Source: Vicinamibacteria bacterium (GTDB lineage: Bacteria; Acidobacteriota; Vicinamibacteria; Vicinamibacterales; CAVVIG01). From it: a stretch of 58,615 nucleotides of DNA. The stretch lies in assembly GCA_041484265.1 (NCBI GenBank), contig JBGPHH010000001.1:1-58615 (forward strand), given 5' to 3'. The translations under genes and the position numbers were made by a program. Shown piece after piece: positions 25,303-34,593 of this stretch; the first letter of the stretch is position 1; each line of letters opens with the position of its first letter. The notes beneath the pieces are model-generated. The model was given only the letters and a program-made list of their open reading frames with translations, had not been told where the DNA came from and did not search any database.

Positions 25303-26127
25303 ATGTTCAAGATCATCACGATGTCATTGATGGGCGCGGTCGTTGTCGCAGGGCTGGTCGTGCTCACGCCGGCACCCATGCGGGCGCAGAGCGCCGGCCC
25401 GACGGCAGCGCCGCCCGACTTCACCGGTGTCTACTACCCGACCGTGGGCCCTGGTGGCGCCGGCGGTGGACAGCGCGGCCCGGCGCCAGGCGCAGCGCCA
25501 GCGGGACAGCGGCAAGGGCCGCTGCCGCCGCCGACGCGATCAGCGCCTACTTCGGACGGCTCGCAGGGTCGGGCGCCGAATGCACCCAAGCTCACGCCGG
25601 AGTACATGGCGAAGTGGGAGGTGATGCGGAAGTCGCGAATGGGAGGATCGTCGGAGTTCGATCCAGTCGCCCAATGCATTCCGCAGGGCATGCCGTCGAT
25701 GATGGGCATGCTGTACGGCATGGAGATTCAACAGACCAAAGACAAGATCACGATGTTCGGCGAGTTGAACGACATGTATCGCCGCATCTACCTCGACAGT
25801 CGCAAGCCGTCGCAGAAGGTGCTGGACGATCCGACGTATGCGGGATATTCGACCGGCCATTGGGAGGGCGATACGTTGGTCGTCGACACCGTGGCGCTCC
25901 ATCCCAACTCACTCATGGACGGATTCTCGCCACACAGCGACCAGATGACGGTGAAGGAGCGGATCCGGCTCATCGCACCGGGCCTTCTCGAGGATCGGAT
26001 CACCGTCTTCGACCCCAAGGCACTTCTGGAGCCGCACGAGAGCGCGCGTACGTACCGCAAGGCGTCACAGCCGAACGACGAGCTCCGCGAGTTCGCCTGT
26101 GCAGAGGGGCTGGGCCTCGCAAAGTAA
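25303..26127 (+). CDS. Secreted hypothetical protein (partner of the DUF6152 gene)
   Basis: Signal peptide MSLMGAVVVAGLVVLTPAPMRAQS. GHWEGDTLVVDT motif, also seen as GEWEGNTLTTYT in the 53475..54437 product. Confidence 0.6.
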   Translation: MFKIITMSLMGAVVVAGLVVLTPAPMRAQSAGPTAAPPDFTGVYYPTVGPGGAGGGQRGPAPGAAPAGQRQGPLPPPTRSAPTSDGSQGRAPNAPKLTPEYMAKWEVMRKSRMGGSSEFDPVAQCIPQGMPSMMGMLYGMEIQQTKDKITMFGELNDMYRRIYLDSRKPSQKVLDDPTYAGYSTGHWEGDTLVVDTVALHPNSLMDGFSPHSDQMTVKERIRLIAPGLLEDRITVFDPKALLEPHESARTYRKASQPNDELREFACAEGLGLAK

Positions 26128-26162
26128 GTCGCGTAGGCCTGACCTTATGAGGTCCGGCTACT

Positions 26163-26789
26163 TCACCGGGCGCGCCTCAGTCGGCGCTGCGCGTCGGGCC
26201 AGAATTCTTCGTAGAGATTCCAGATCAATCGCGAGAGGAAGCCGTCGGCGGTTCCGATGGCGATTTGGCCCGGCGTCGTGGCGCTCGACGGCAGCCACGC
26301 GGTCTCGAGGAGGCCATTGACGCTATTGCCGACATAGCGCCCCCACGCAGGGGCGATGTGACCGTCCGGCCGCGGCGCCAGGACGACGGTCTCCATCGCA
26401 TAGCGTGTTCTGGCCCACACGCCCTGGCGATGCGATCTGATGTACCGCGGATCCTCGCCCCACAACGCGCCCACGCCTGCTTCAAGCGTGTTCGACAGCG
26501 CGACGTCGACTTCGCGATTCAGGTAGCGCTGACCGAATCCGGCCCACGAACGGTCCCATTCCTCAGGAAAAGCTCTCGCGGTTTGCCAACTTGCGGCAAC
26601 GACGCCAATGGCGAGGGATCGGGGACCCACCACACCATCGACCACCCAGAGCGTACGTTCGCGATGGGTGATCGGTACGTACCTGAACGCCGGCTCCTGC
26701 GACGACGGTTCCTGCGCGAGGGCCGACGCTGGCAAGAACGATACAACCAGCAGAAACCTTCCGATCGTCGTACGCGAAGCGGCCATCAT
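26163..26789 (-). CDS. Secreted hypothetical protein
   Basis: Signal peptide GRFLLVVSFLPASALAQEP. 208 aa. Confidence 0.55.
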   Translation of the reverse strand: MMAASRTTIGRFLLVVSFLPASALAQEPSSQEPAFRYVPITHRERTLWVVDGVVGPRSLAIGVVAASWQTARAFPEEWDRSWAGFGQRYLNREVDVALSNTLEAGVGALWGEDPRYIRSHRQGVWARTRYAMETVVLAPRPDGHIAPAWGRYVGNSVNGLLETAWLPSSATTPGQIAIGTADGFLSRLIWNLYEEFWPDAQRRLRRAR

Positions 26790-26808
26790 GGCGACGAGAC
26801 GTTGGAGG

Positions 26809-27081
26809 TCAGTACTCGGTCAACGCGTCGTCCGGATAGCAGTAAAGCCACCGCTCGCCGGGCTCGGCCGAGGCCACCACTGGATGGCTCGTGGCCTTGG
26901 CGTGTTTGCTGGCGTGACGGTTCGGCGACGAGTCGCAGCAGTGCGTGCCGCCGCACGACTGGCAGGTACGTAAATGCACCCACTGCGAGCCTGTCTTCAC
27001 GCACTCGTCGCACTGCCGCACCTTCGGCAGCTTGGGATTGGCAATGCCATAGAAATGCGGGCAGTGTTTGTCGCCGGTCAT
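26809..27081 (-). CDS. UBP-type zinc-finger protein
   Basis: CPHF...CDECVKTGSQWVHLRTCQSCGGTHCCDSSPNRHASKHAKATSHP. The ATG at 27081 overlaps the upstream stop (ATGA). Confidence 0.7.
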   Translation of the reverse strand: MTGDKHCPHFYGIANPKLPKVRQCDECVKTGSQWVHLRTCQSCGGTHCCDSSPNRHASKHAKATSHPVVASAEPGERWLYCYPDDALTEY

Positions 27082-27977
27082 GCGGTCCTCTCGAGCTCCG
27101 AGCGATTCCACTTCGCCAGATTGGCGGCGGCCTCATAGGAGCTTTGCAGAAAATCCATCAAGGTATCGTGCGGTGAGGGTGCGGTTCGGGCGTCGTCGTA
27201 CATCAGAACGAACTCGGCAAGATCGGCGCGGTACGATGCGGCGGCCGGAAGAATCGACGCCGTCTTGAATCCCGGCGGTTCGGGCGCCGCGTAGGCGTAG
27301 AACGCCGGACCGGTCACGGCGCCGCCTCCCGGCCAGAACCCGGCGCTGATGACTTCGTGTGAATACCCCTCTCGCTGAATAGGGTCGGAGCGATCGGGCG
27401 CGCGGCGGCCGTTGAAGCGCGTCACCGCCAGGTCGAAGCCGCCCCAGAAGAAATGCACCGGGCTCGACTTGCCGATGAAGCGGCCTCGAAATTCCTGAAG
27501 CACGAGGTCGATCTGCCGCATCACCTGCCACCAGCGCCTGGCCCACTCGGCCTCGTACGAGGCATGCTGGCGATCCTGGTCGAAGCGAACAAGCGGCGGC
27601 GGGATCTCGACCGGCATCGGCCAGATGTGGACGTCGATGTGGAGATTGCCGAGGGCCTGCCTGACGCGTGAGTAAAAGTCCTGAACCGTCATCGGCGCGA
27701 GCGCAATCGCCTGCCGTGCTCCGTCGCTCGTCTCGATGCGAAGCTGGTGGTCGATGAAGTCGAAAGTGATCTCAAAGGACCGATCGCGGTACGGGATGGG
27801 CGAGGTGGTCAGGCCGCGTGCGGTGACGTAGAGCGTGGTGTGCCACCAGTGATTCACAGGGGGTGCGAGCGCGAGGCGGATCTTGCCCACGATCTGGGTC
27901 CACAAGTGGAGCGTCGCGTAGGTATCGGCCCACGCGGCCAGCGGAAGGGGCGGCCAGGAACTCTCTGCGAGGCTCAT
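27078..27977 (-). CDS. DUF5996-family protein
   Basis: From MSLAESSWPPLPLAAWADTYATLHLWTQIVGKIRLA (family recognised from memory). The longer 529 aa ORF extension is antisense to the sigma gene and was discarded. Confidence 0.65.
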   Translation of the reverse strand: MSLAESSWPPLPLAAWADTYATLHLWTQIVGKIRLALAPPVNHWWHTTLYVTARGLTTSPIPYRDRSFEITFDFIDHQLRIETSDGARQAIALAPMTVQDFYSRVRQALGNLHIDVHIWPMPVEIPPPLVRFDQDRQHASYEAEWARRWWQVMRQIDLVLQEFRGRFIGKSSPVHFFWGGFDLAVTRFNGRRAPDRSDPIQREGYSHEVISAGFWPGGGAVTGPAFYAYAAPEPPGFKTASILPAAASYRADLAEFVLMYDDARTAPSPHDTLMDFLQSSYEAAANLAKWNRSELERTA

Positions 27978-28019
27978 CTGACTCCCGGCGATCATATCCT
28001 GTAACCTTTCTCCGTCGAT

Positions 28020-28640
28020 GTGGTTATCACCCCTGAGAGTAGACGTCCAGACGTGACAGACGAAGCCTTGATGTTCGCCGTGCGAGACGGAGACGTCGCC
28101 AAGCTGGGCACGCTGTTCGAGCGTTACCACGTGGCGCTGTTCGACTTCTTGAACCGGACGACCGGCGACCGGGCGGCGGCCGAAGACCTGGTGCAGGACG
28201 TGTTCGTCCGGATCCTGAAGTATCGGCGGACGTTCCGCGAAGACAGTTGCTTCGAGGCGTGGGTCTTCGGGATCGCACGGAACGCGAGGACCGATCACTT
28301 CAGAAAACGGAGCCCCCTGGAGCTTCTTGGCGATCGCGACCTCGATGTCGTGGCGCCAGGTCCGGGCCAGGCCCAGCGATTCGAAGCCGAGCGGGACACG
28401 ACGCGGCTGAAGCGGGCGCTGATGCTCATGGCCGACGACAAGCGCGAGCTGCTGGTGCTTGCCCGCTATCAGGACATGAGCTACGAACGAATCGGCGCGG
28501 TGCTCGGCATCGAGGTGGGTGCCGTGAAAGTCCGCGTCCACCGGGCCGTCAAGGAACTGCGAGCGATCTTTTTGAAACTGACTGATGGGGACCAGACATG
28601 GAATGTGAAGAAGTCCGGAACCGACTTGCGGATCATCTGA
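28020..28640 (+). CDS. ECF-type RNA polymerase sigma factor (start possibly 28053 or 28071)
   Basis: Region 2 DLVQDVFVRILKY. Region 4 YERIGAVLGIEVGAVKVRVHRAVKELR. Confidence 0.85.
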   Translation: MVITPESRRPDVTDEALMFAVRDGDVAKLGTLFERYHVALFDFLNRTTGDRAAAEDLVQDVFVRILKYRRTFREDSCFEAWVFGIARNARTDHFRKRSPLELLGDRDLDVVAPGPGQAQRFEAERDTTRLKRALMLMADDKRELLVLARYQDMSYERIGAVLGIEVGAVKVRVHRAVKELRAIFLKLTDGDQTWNVKKSGTDLRII

Positions 28641-29434
28641 AGGCCGAGCTGGCCGACCTGGAAGCAACGACCCGCGTGGAATTGCTCGAACACCTGGCCA
28701 CGTGTGCGGCCTGTCGAGCGGAGGCTGAGGAGGCCGAAGACGTGTGGGCGAGGCTCGGCGAGATCCCGGGGAACCGGATGGACCAGGTCGCCATGCGCGC
28801 GCGGTTCGACGAGATGCTCGAGGTCTACCAGCACGGGCTCCGCGACGAGCGATTGGCGACCGATAACCAGCGACCGCTGGCTATCGCGTGGTGGCCACGG
28901 CGGCCGATTCTTCAAGCAACGTTCGCGGCGGCGCTGCTGGTGGTTGGTGTCCTGGCGGGTGGCGTCTTTGACCGCCTCCTTCCCAAGCCGACACCTGTGC
29001 CCGGTGCCGATCTCACCGAGCTCCGCCGCGAGCTCAAGGACGTGCGCGAGATGCTCACGCTCTCGCTGATGCAGCAGCAGTCGGCGACCGAACGCCTCCG
29101 CGGCGTCAGCTGGAGCAACGACATCGATCAGCCGGGGAGCGCGATCGTCAGCGCGCTGCTCGACACGCTGCTGCATGATCCGAACGTCAACGTGCGGCTG
29201 GCGGCGGTCGATGCGCTTCGCCGATTCAGCGGACAGGACAGCGTCCGCAAGGGCACGGCGCAGGCCTTGGCCGATGCGTCGTCTCCGCTCCTGCAGGTGG
29301 CGATCATCGATTTCATGGTGGAAACCAAGGACACCGGTGCCGCTGGGACGCTGCGACGGCTTTCGCAGGATGCGATGGTCAACGAGGCGGTGCGGGGCCG
29401 TGCCGTCCAGGGTCTCGAGCGGTTGGGTTTGTAA
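28598..29434 (+). CDS. Anti-sigma factor (zf-HC2-like N-terminus, one TM, C-terminal HEAT-like repeats)
   Basis: CEEVRNRL...HLATCAACRAE, TM ATFAAALLVVGVLAGGVF, HDPNVNVRLAAVDALRRF. Overlaps the sigma gene by 43 nt. Confidence 0.75.
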   Translation: MECEEVRNRLADHLKAELADLEATTRVELLEHLATCAACRAEAEEAEDVWARLGEIPGNRMDQVAMRARFDEMLEVYQHGLRDERLATDNQRPLAIAWWPRRPILQATFAAALLVVGVLAGGVFDRLLPKPTPVPGADLTELRRELKDVREMLTLSLMQQQSATERLRGVSWSNDIDQPGSAIVSALLDTLLHDPNVNVRLAAVDALRRFSGQDSVRKGTAQALADASSPLLQVAIIDFMVETKDTGAAGTLRRLSQDAMVNEAVRGRAVQGLERLGL

Positions 29435-29447
29435 AGCTTGAGAGGAA

Positions 29448-30332
29448 ATGACCATGAGACTTCTTCTCTGGGCTCTGTCGTGGGTGGTGGCGATGTTCTC
29501 GACCGTGGGTGTGGCGTGGCCGGCGGCCCCGGTCGTCGACGTCCAGGACACGGTCCGACGCACTCTTCAGTGGTCGAGTGCCGGAGACCACCTCCTGGAG
29601 GTCAGCAACATCAGTGGCTCGATCCGCATCGTCGCCTCCGACAGGCGGGACATCGAGTTGGTGGCCGAGCGGACGATTCACGCCGACAGCGACGCGGCCG
29701 CGAGTGACGCGAAGCGAGACGTGCGGCTGGATGTCTCCGAGAGCGCCGGGACGGTTCGCGTCTGCGCCGATGCCGAGCGCTGCGGCTGCCGCACCTCGGA
29801 TCGCTCGACCGATCGCTGGAGCTTCGGCCGGTGGAGAGAGGATCGGTATCGCGTGGAGATCGACTTCGAGCTGCGCGTGCCGAAGGACACGAGGCTGATG
29901 GTGTGCACCATCAACGGTGGCCGGGTCACGATCGACGGCGCGGCGGGGGACTTCGACGTGAGAAACGTCAACGGCGGAATCGACATGACCGGGATTACGG
30001 GATCGGGACGCGCCGAGACCGTCAACGGGAGCCTCAACGCCTCGTTCGCGGCGAACCCGAAATCGGCTTCGTCATTCAAGACGGTGAACGGCGATATCGT
30101 GGTCGCGTTCCCACGAACCCTGGCCGCCGACCTTCGGCTCAAGACGTTCAACGGTGGCCTCTACACAGACTTCGACGTGACGCCTCTCGCGCCCGCTCCC
30201 GCTGCCGAGCGCCGCAACGGCCGATTCGTTTACCGCACCAATCAGTTCGCCGCGGTGCGCGTCGGACAAGGCGGTCCCGAGCTCACTTTTGAAGGCTTCA
30301 ACGGCGACGTGCGCGTGATTGAAAAGAAATAG
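29448..30332 (+). CDS. DUF4097-domain (putative adhesin-like beta-helix) protein
   Basis: Signal peptide. Repeated NGG/NGS/NGD strands (NVNGGIDMTGITGSGRAETVNGSLNA). Confidence 0.7.
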   Translation: MTMRLLLWALSWVVAMFSTVGVAWPAAPVVDVQDTVRRTLQWSSAGDHLLEVSNISGSIRIVASDRRDIELVAERTIHADSDAAASDAKRDVRLDVSESAGTVRVCADAERCGCRTSDRSTDRWSFGRWREDRYRVEIDFELRVPKDTRLMVCTINGGRVTIDGAAGDFDVRNVNGGIDMTGITGSGRAETVNGSLNASFAANPKSASSFKTVNGDIVVAFPRTLAADLRLKTFNGGLYTDFDVTPLAPAPAAERRNGRFVYRTNQFAAVRVGQGGPELTFEGFNGDVRVIEKK

Positions 30333-30351
30333 CCAAGAAGGACAGGCACAT

Positions 30352-31176
30352 ATGAAACGGATTGGTTTCTTCGTCGTCACTCTCGCCGCCCTGCTCACGA
30401 CCCGCGCCTTCGTCTTTGCGCAGGGCGATGCCGATCGCCTGACCGTGCCGTTCAGCGACCCCTCGCGACCGGGCACGGTGAAGGTCAATCTGCTGCAGGG
30501 CCGGATCACGGTGAAGGGCGTGGATCGGAAGGATGTCGCCGTGACGCCGTCGGGGGCGCGTCAGATTCCGCGCCGCGAGCCTCAGGAATCAACCGGCCTC
30601 CGACGGCTGTCTCAGCCGGCCGGCGTGACGATCGAAGAAGAGAACAATGTGATGTCGATTGGGTCCGGACGGTTCGGTGGAGGCGATCTGAACATCGAGG
30701 TCCCTCTCAAGACGAACCTGCGGCTGACCACGCTCAGCGGCGGCCCTCTCAACGTCGAGGGCGTCGAGGGTGAGATTGAAGTGACCAACATGAACGGCCC
30801 GATCTCCCTGACCGACGTGGCCGGCTCCGTCGTCGCCCATTCGATGAATGGGAAGGTCGTGGCCACGCTCAGGCAGATCACGCCTCAGAAGCCGATGGCG
30901 TTCACGTCCATGAATGGCGCCGTCGACGTGACGCTGCCGCCGGCCGTCAAGGCCAACCTGAAGCTGCGCAGCGATAACGGCGATATCTTCACGGATTTCG
31001 ACGTGCAGCTTCAGCCGAGGGCGGCGAAGGTGCCGACCGTGCAGGATTCGCGCGGCCGCGGCGGGCGCTTTCGCCTCGAGGTCGATAATTCGATCAGCGG
31101 CTCGGTCAACGGTGGAGGCCCGGAGTTCGAGCTGCGCACCTTCAACGGAACAATTTTTCTTCGGAAGGGGAAATAG
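30352..31176 (+). CDS. DUF4097-domain protein (paralog of the preceding gene)
   Basis: MKRIGFFVVTLAALL signal. NMNGPISLTDVAGSVVAHSMNGKVVA repeats and C-terminal FNGTIFLRKGK. Confidence 0.7.
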   Translation: MKRIGFFVVTLAALLTTRAFVFAQGDADRLTVPFSDPSRPGTVKVNLLQGRITVKGVDRKDVAVTPSGARQIPRREPQESTGLRRLSQPAGVTIEEENNVMSIGSGRFGGGDLNIEVPLKTNLRLTTLSGGPLNVEGVEGEIEVTNMNGPISLTDVAGSVVAHSMNGKVVATLRQITPQKPMAFTSMNGAVDVTLPPAVKANLKLRSDNGDIFTDFDVQLQPRAAKVPTVQDSRGRGGRFRLEVDNSISGSVNGGGPEFELRTFNGTIFLRKGK

Positions 31177-31275
31177 GCCAAACCATTGGGTGCGGAGAAC
31201 GTCTACACTCAACATACTTGGTGCGAGAAGTGCGAGAGGTGCGACCGTGCGACGCAGTGAGCGGCTACTCCCGCA

Positions 31276-34005
31276 ATGTCTAAGCACTTGAGCACCCACG
31301 CACCTCGGCACCCTCGCACCGTTCGCAGCCTCGCACCTTCGCACTTTTTGAGGTGCGTCATCGCCGTCGCCCTCACCGTCTTCGTGCCGGCGTTTGCCGC
31401 CGCTCAGCAGCCGACCCGCATCGAGCACATGCACAGCACCCTGCAGGCCATGCGGACGCCGACGCCGCCAGTCATCGACGGCCGGCCGACCGACGAGGTG
31501 TGGCTGCTCGCGCGACCGGCGACGGCCTTCACCCAGCAGGATCCCGATGAGGGAAGACCGGCGACCGAGCGCACGGAAGTCCGCGTCCTCTACGACGACA
31601 CCGCTCTGTACATTTGTGCGCGGCTGTTTGACAGTCAGCCGGCGCTCATCTCGCGGCGGCTGGCCAAGCGAGACGACGATGCGGATGCGGACTGGGTGAC
31701 GATCTATCTCGACTCCATGCTCGACCACCTGACAGGCGTGTCGTTCCGCGTCAGCGCGTCCGGTGTGCAGAGAGACGCGGCGATCTTCAACGACACGTTC
31801 GAGGACTCGACGTGGGACGCTGTCTGGCAGTCCGCCGTGTCGATGGACGAAGGGGGTTGGTCCGCTGAGGTCCGGATTCCGCTATCGCAGCTTCGCTTCA
31901 AGGTTGCCCAGCAGCAGAGCTGGGGCATCAACGTGTCGCGCTTCATTCGCCGGAAGAACGAGACTGACTGGCTGGAATTGGTCCCCAAGCGCGAGACGGG
32001 ACTCGCCTCGCGGATGGCGCACATTGACGGCTTTGACGGCTTCCAGCCCAAGACGCACATCCAGGCGGTGCCATACACGGCTGCACGCAGCGAGTTCATT
32101 CGACCGAAGTCCGGCGATCCGTTCAACAGCGGCTCACGCGAGTTTGGCGCGGCCGGCGTCGATGTGAAGTGGGGCATCACCAGCAACTTCACGCTCGACG
32201 GGACGATCAATCCCGACTTCGGTCAGGTCGAGGTGGACCCGGCGGTCGTCAACCTTTCGGCGTTCGAGACCTTCTTTCCGGAGAAGCGACCGTTCTTCCT
32301 CGAAGGCAGCCAGATCTTCAACAACTTCGGTCAGAACGGCGCCAACAGCCAGTGGGGATTCAACACCTCTGATCCCGCGCTGTTTTATTCGAGGCGCATC
32401 GGCCGTGCGCCGCAGCTGCACGCCTCCGGCGATTTCGTCGATCCGCCGGCCGCTACGACGATTCTGGGCGCCGCGAAGCTGACGGGGAAAACGCCGAGCG
32501 GGTGGAGTGTCGGATTGGCGAACGCGGTGACCGATCGCGAGACCGCGAGCACGATGACGGGGTCGGTGTTCGGCCAGACAGAGGTTGAGCCGCTCTCGAA
32601 CTATTTCGTCGCGCGGATGCAGCGCGATATCGGACGCCGGGCCGGCGTCGGCTTTATCACGACGGCCGTCACACGCAGCCTTCGGACGCCAACGCTCACC
32701 GACAGTCTGGCCGACAACGCCGACGTCGTCGGAGGCGACGGGTACTGGTTTCTGAGCGATAAACGCGACTGGGTGATCAACGGCAAACTCGCCGTGAGCC
32801 GCATCAGCGGATCGCCGGCCGCCATGCTGCGCGCGCAGCAGGCGCCTCAGCGCTACTACCAGCGTCCGGACGCGGCGCAGGTCTCGCTGGATCCGAACCG
32901 GAAGGCGCTCGCCGGCTTCACAGGGCGCGTCAACCTCAACCGCAACAGCGGGCTGTGGCTGGCCAATGCGTCGTTCTGGGGTGTCAGCCCCGGCTTCGAG
33001 TCAAACGATCTGGGCTTCATGGGCACGAGCGATCGGGCCGGCGGGCACTTCGTCTTGCAGCGGCGCTACGTGACCCCGGACCGATTCACGCGCGCGAAGA
33101 ACTGGTGGGTGGCGAAGTCGTGGGTCTGGAACTTCAATCGCGACATGCAGAGCGACGGCGTGCAGGGCCAGATGTCGTTGACGTTCCTGAACTACTGGTA
33201 CCTCAATGGCGGCGGCAACTGGTTTGCCCGCGTCCAGGACGACAGAATCACGCGCGGCGGACCGTCTATGGTCTCGCCCTCGGGTTCCGGGTGGAATGTG
33301 AACTCGGGCACCGACTCGCGTCGAGTGTTGTCGCTCCAGTGGTACGTGAATGGTTTCTCGAACGAGGCCGGGAGCTGGAACAGGAACGTCGGCACAACCG
33401 TCAGCCTCAAGCCGTCGCCGATGCTGACGATTTCCACCGGGCCGCAGTTCAGCCGATCGCTGACCTTCGCGCAGTACGTGACGACGGTCACCGATGCTAC
33501 GGCTGTGGACACCTACGGCCAACGCGACGTGTTCGGCTCGCTGGACCAGACGCAGTTGTCGATGACGACGCGCGTCAACGCGATTCTGACGCGACGCGTG
33601 TCTCTTCAGGTCTTTGCGCAGCCGCTTCTCGCGGTAGGCCGCTACAGCGCCTTCAAGGAACTCGCCAGACCGAGGGCATTCGACTTTCGCGGCTACGGTT
33701 CTCCGGGCACGCTTCTAAGCTACGACGCTGCGTCCCAGAACTACATCGTCGATCCCGACGACGCAGGCCCGGCAGGCTCGTTCTCGTTCGGTAATCCCGA
33801 CTTCAACTTCAAGTCGCTGCGCCTCAACACCGTGTTCCGCTGGGAACTAAAGCCCGGGTCAGCCATCTACGCCGTGTGGACGCGCCAGCAGCAGGACCAG
33901 GTCAATCCCGGCGACTTCCAGCTCGGACGCGATGCGTCGGCTCTATTCTCCGCGCCAGGAGATGACGTGTTCCTCGTCAAGATCGCGTATTGGGTTGGAA
34001 GGTAG
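31276..34005 (+). CDS. DUF5916 / CBM9-like domain outer-membrane protein
   Basis: N-terminus IDGRPTDEVW...FTQQDPDEGRPATERTEVRVLYDDTALYI (CBM9-like), then a long beta-rich C-terminal region (family from memory). Confidence 0.65.
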   Translation: MSKHLSTHAPRHPRTVRSLAPSHFLRCVIAVALTVFVPAFAAAQQPTRIEHMHSTLQAMRTPTPPVIDGRPTDEVWLLARPATAFTQQDPDEGRPATERTEVRVLYDDTALYICARLFDSQPALISRRLAKRDDDADADWVTIYLDSMLDHLTGVSFRVSASGVQRDAAIFNDTFEDSTWDAVWQSAVSMDEGGWSAEVRIPLSQLRFKVAQQQSWGINVSRFIRRKNETDWLELVPKRETGLASRMAHIDGFDGFQPKTHIQAVPYTAARSEFIRPKSGDPFNSGSREFGAAGVDVKWGITSNFTLDGTINPDFGQVEVDPAVVNLSAFETFFPEKRPFFLEGSQIFNNFGQNGANSQWGFNTSDPALFYSRRIGRAPQLHASGDFVDPPAATTILGAAKLTGKTPSGWSVGLANAVTDRETASTMTGSVFGQTEVEPLSNYFVARMQRDIGRRAGVGFITTAVTRSLRTPTLTDSLADNADVVGGDGYWFLSDKRDWVINGKLAVSRISGSPAAMLRAQQAPQRYYQRPDAAQVSLDPNRKALAGFTGRVNLNRNSGLWLANASFWGVSPGFESNDLGFMGTSDRAGGHFVLQRRYVTPDRFTRAKNWWVAKSWVWNFNRDMQSDGVQGQMSLTFLNYWYLNGGGNWFARVQDDRITRGGPSMVSPSGSGWNVNSGTDSRRVLSLQWYVNGFSNEAGSWNRNVGTTVSLKPSPMLTISTGPQFSRSLTFAQYVTTVTDATAVDTYGQRDVFGSLDQTQLSMTTRVNAILTRRVSLQVFAQPLLAVGRYSAFKELARPRAFDFRGYGSPGTLLSYDAASQNYIVDPDDAGPAGSFSFGNPDFNFKSLRLNTVFRWELKPGSAIYAVWTRQQQDQVNPGDFQLGRDASALFSAPGDDVFLVKIAYWVGR

Positions 34006-34138
34006 GTCAGCAGTCGCCAGCCACTAGTCGGTCGCCAGGAAGACTTCAGTCCGGCCACAGATTCATCCGAATTCCCTTATTGACTCCTTGTGCAAGTTAG
34101 ATTGATTATTTGCGCCTACAAATCGTGTAGGACTGAGG

Positions 34139-34591
34139 ATGACATTGCAAAAAGACCACACAAGATCTTCCGTAATCGGCTTCCTATTACTTACCCTCCT
34201 ACTGATTGCCCCGCAGAGAGTTCGGTCGACCGACGGCCGCGATTTCACTGGCTCCTATGAGATCTCGAACGTCACCGAGCAGGGCGACACCGTGCGCCTC
34301 ACCCTTACCGTGCACGTATACAACTACTCCGACGCCGACGTGGCCGCCGCCACGGTCACACTGCAAGATTTGCTAGTGTCTGCGACCAACTACGGCTCGT
34401 ACCCAGAGACTGTTTCGATCCCGGATCGACAGAGCGTGCGCCTGTCCGCTGAATTCACGGTTCCCTATCAGGAGTACGACCGCTGGCAACGTGGCGCCAC
34501 ACCGTCCCTGCGCATTGAATACACCAATGTGGCCGAGAATCCGGTCCGCCGAATGATTGAGCTGGGCCAGGGCCAAATGGGAGAGGAGTAG
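34139..34591 (+). CDS. Secreted hypothetical protein
   Basis: Signal-like VIGFLLLTLLLIAP. Ends 2 nt before the giant NHL gene. Confidence 0.5.
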   Translation: MTLQKDHTRSSVIGFLLLTLLLIAPQRVRSTDGRDFTGSYEISNVTEQGDTVRLTLTVHVYNYSDADVAAATVTLQDLLVSATNYGSYPETVSIPDRQSVRLSAEFTVPYQEYDRWQRGATPSLRIEYTNVAENPVRRMIELGQGQMGEE

Positions 34592-34593
34592 CC

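Noticed and set aside
27978-28667. N-terminal extension of the 529 aa ORF 27078..28667(-)
   Set aside because: The extension is antisense to the well-supported ECF sigma gene and has nonsense-like composition. The DUF5996-like sequence starts at the ATG at 27977.
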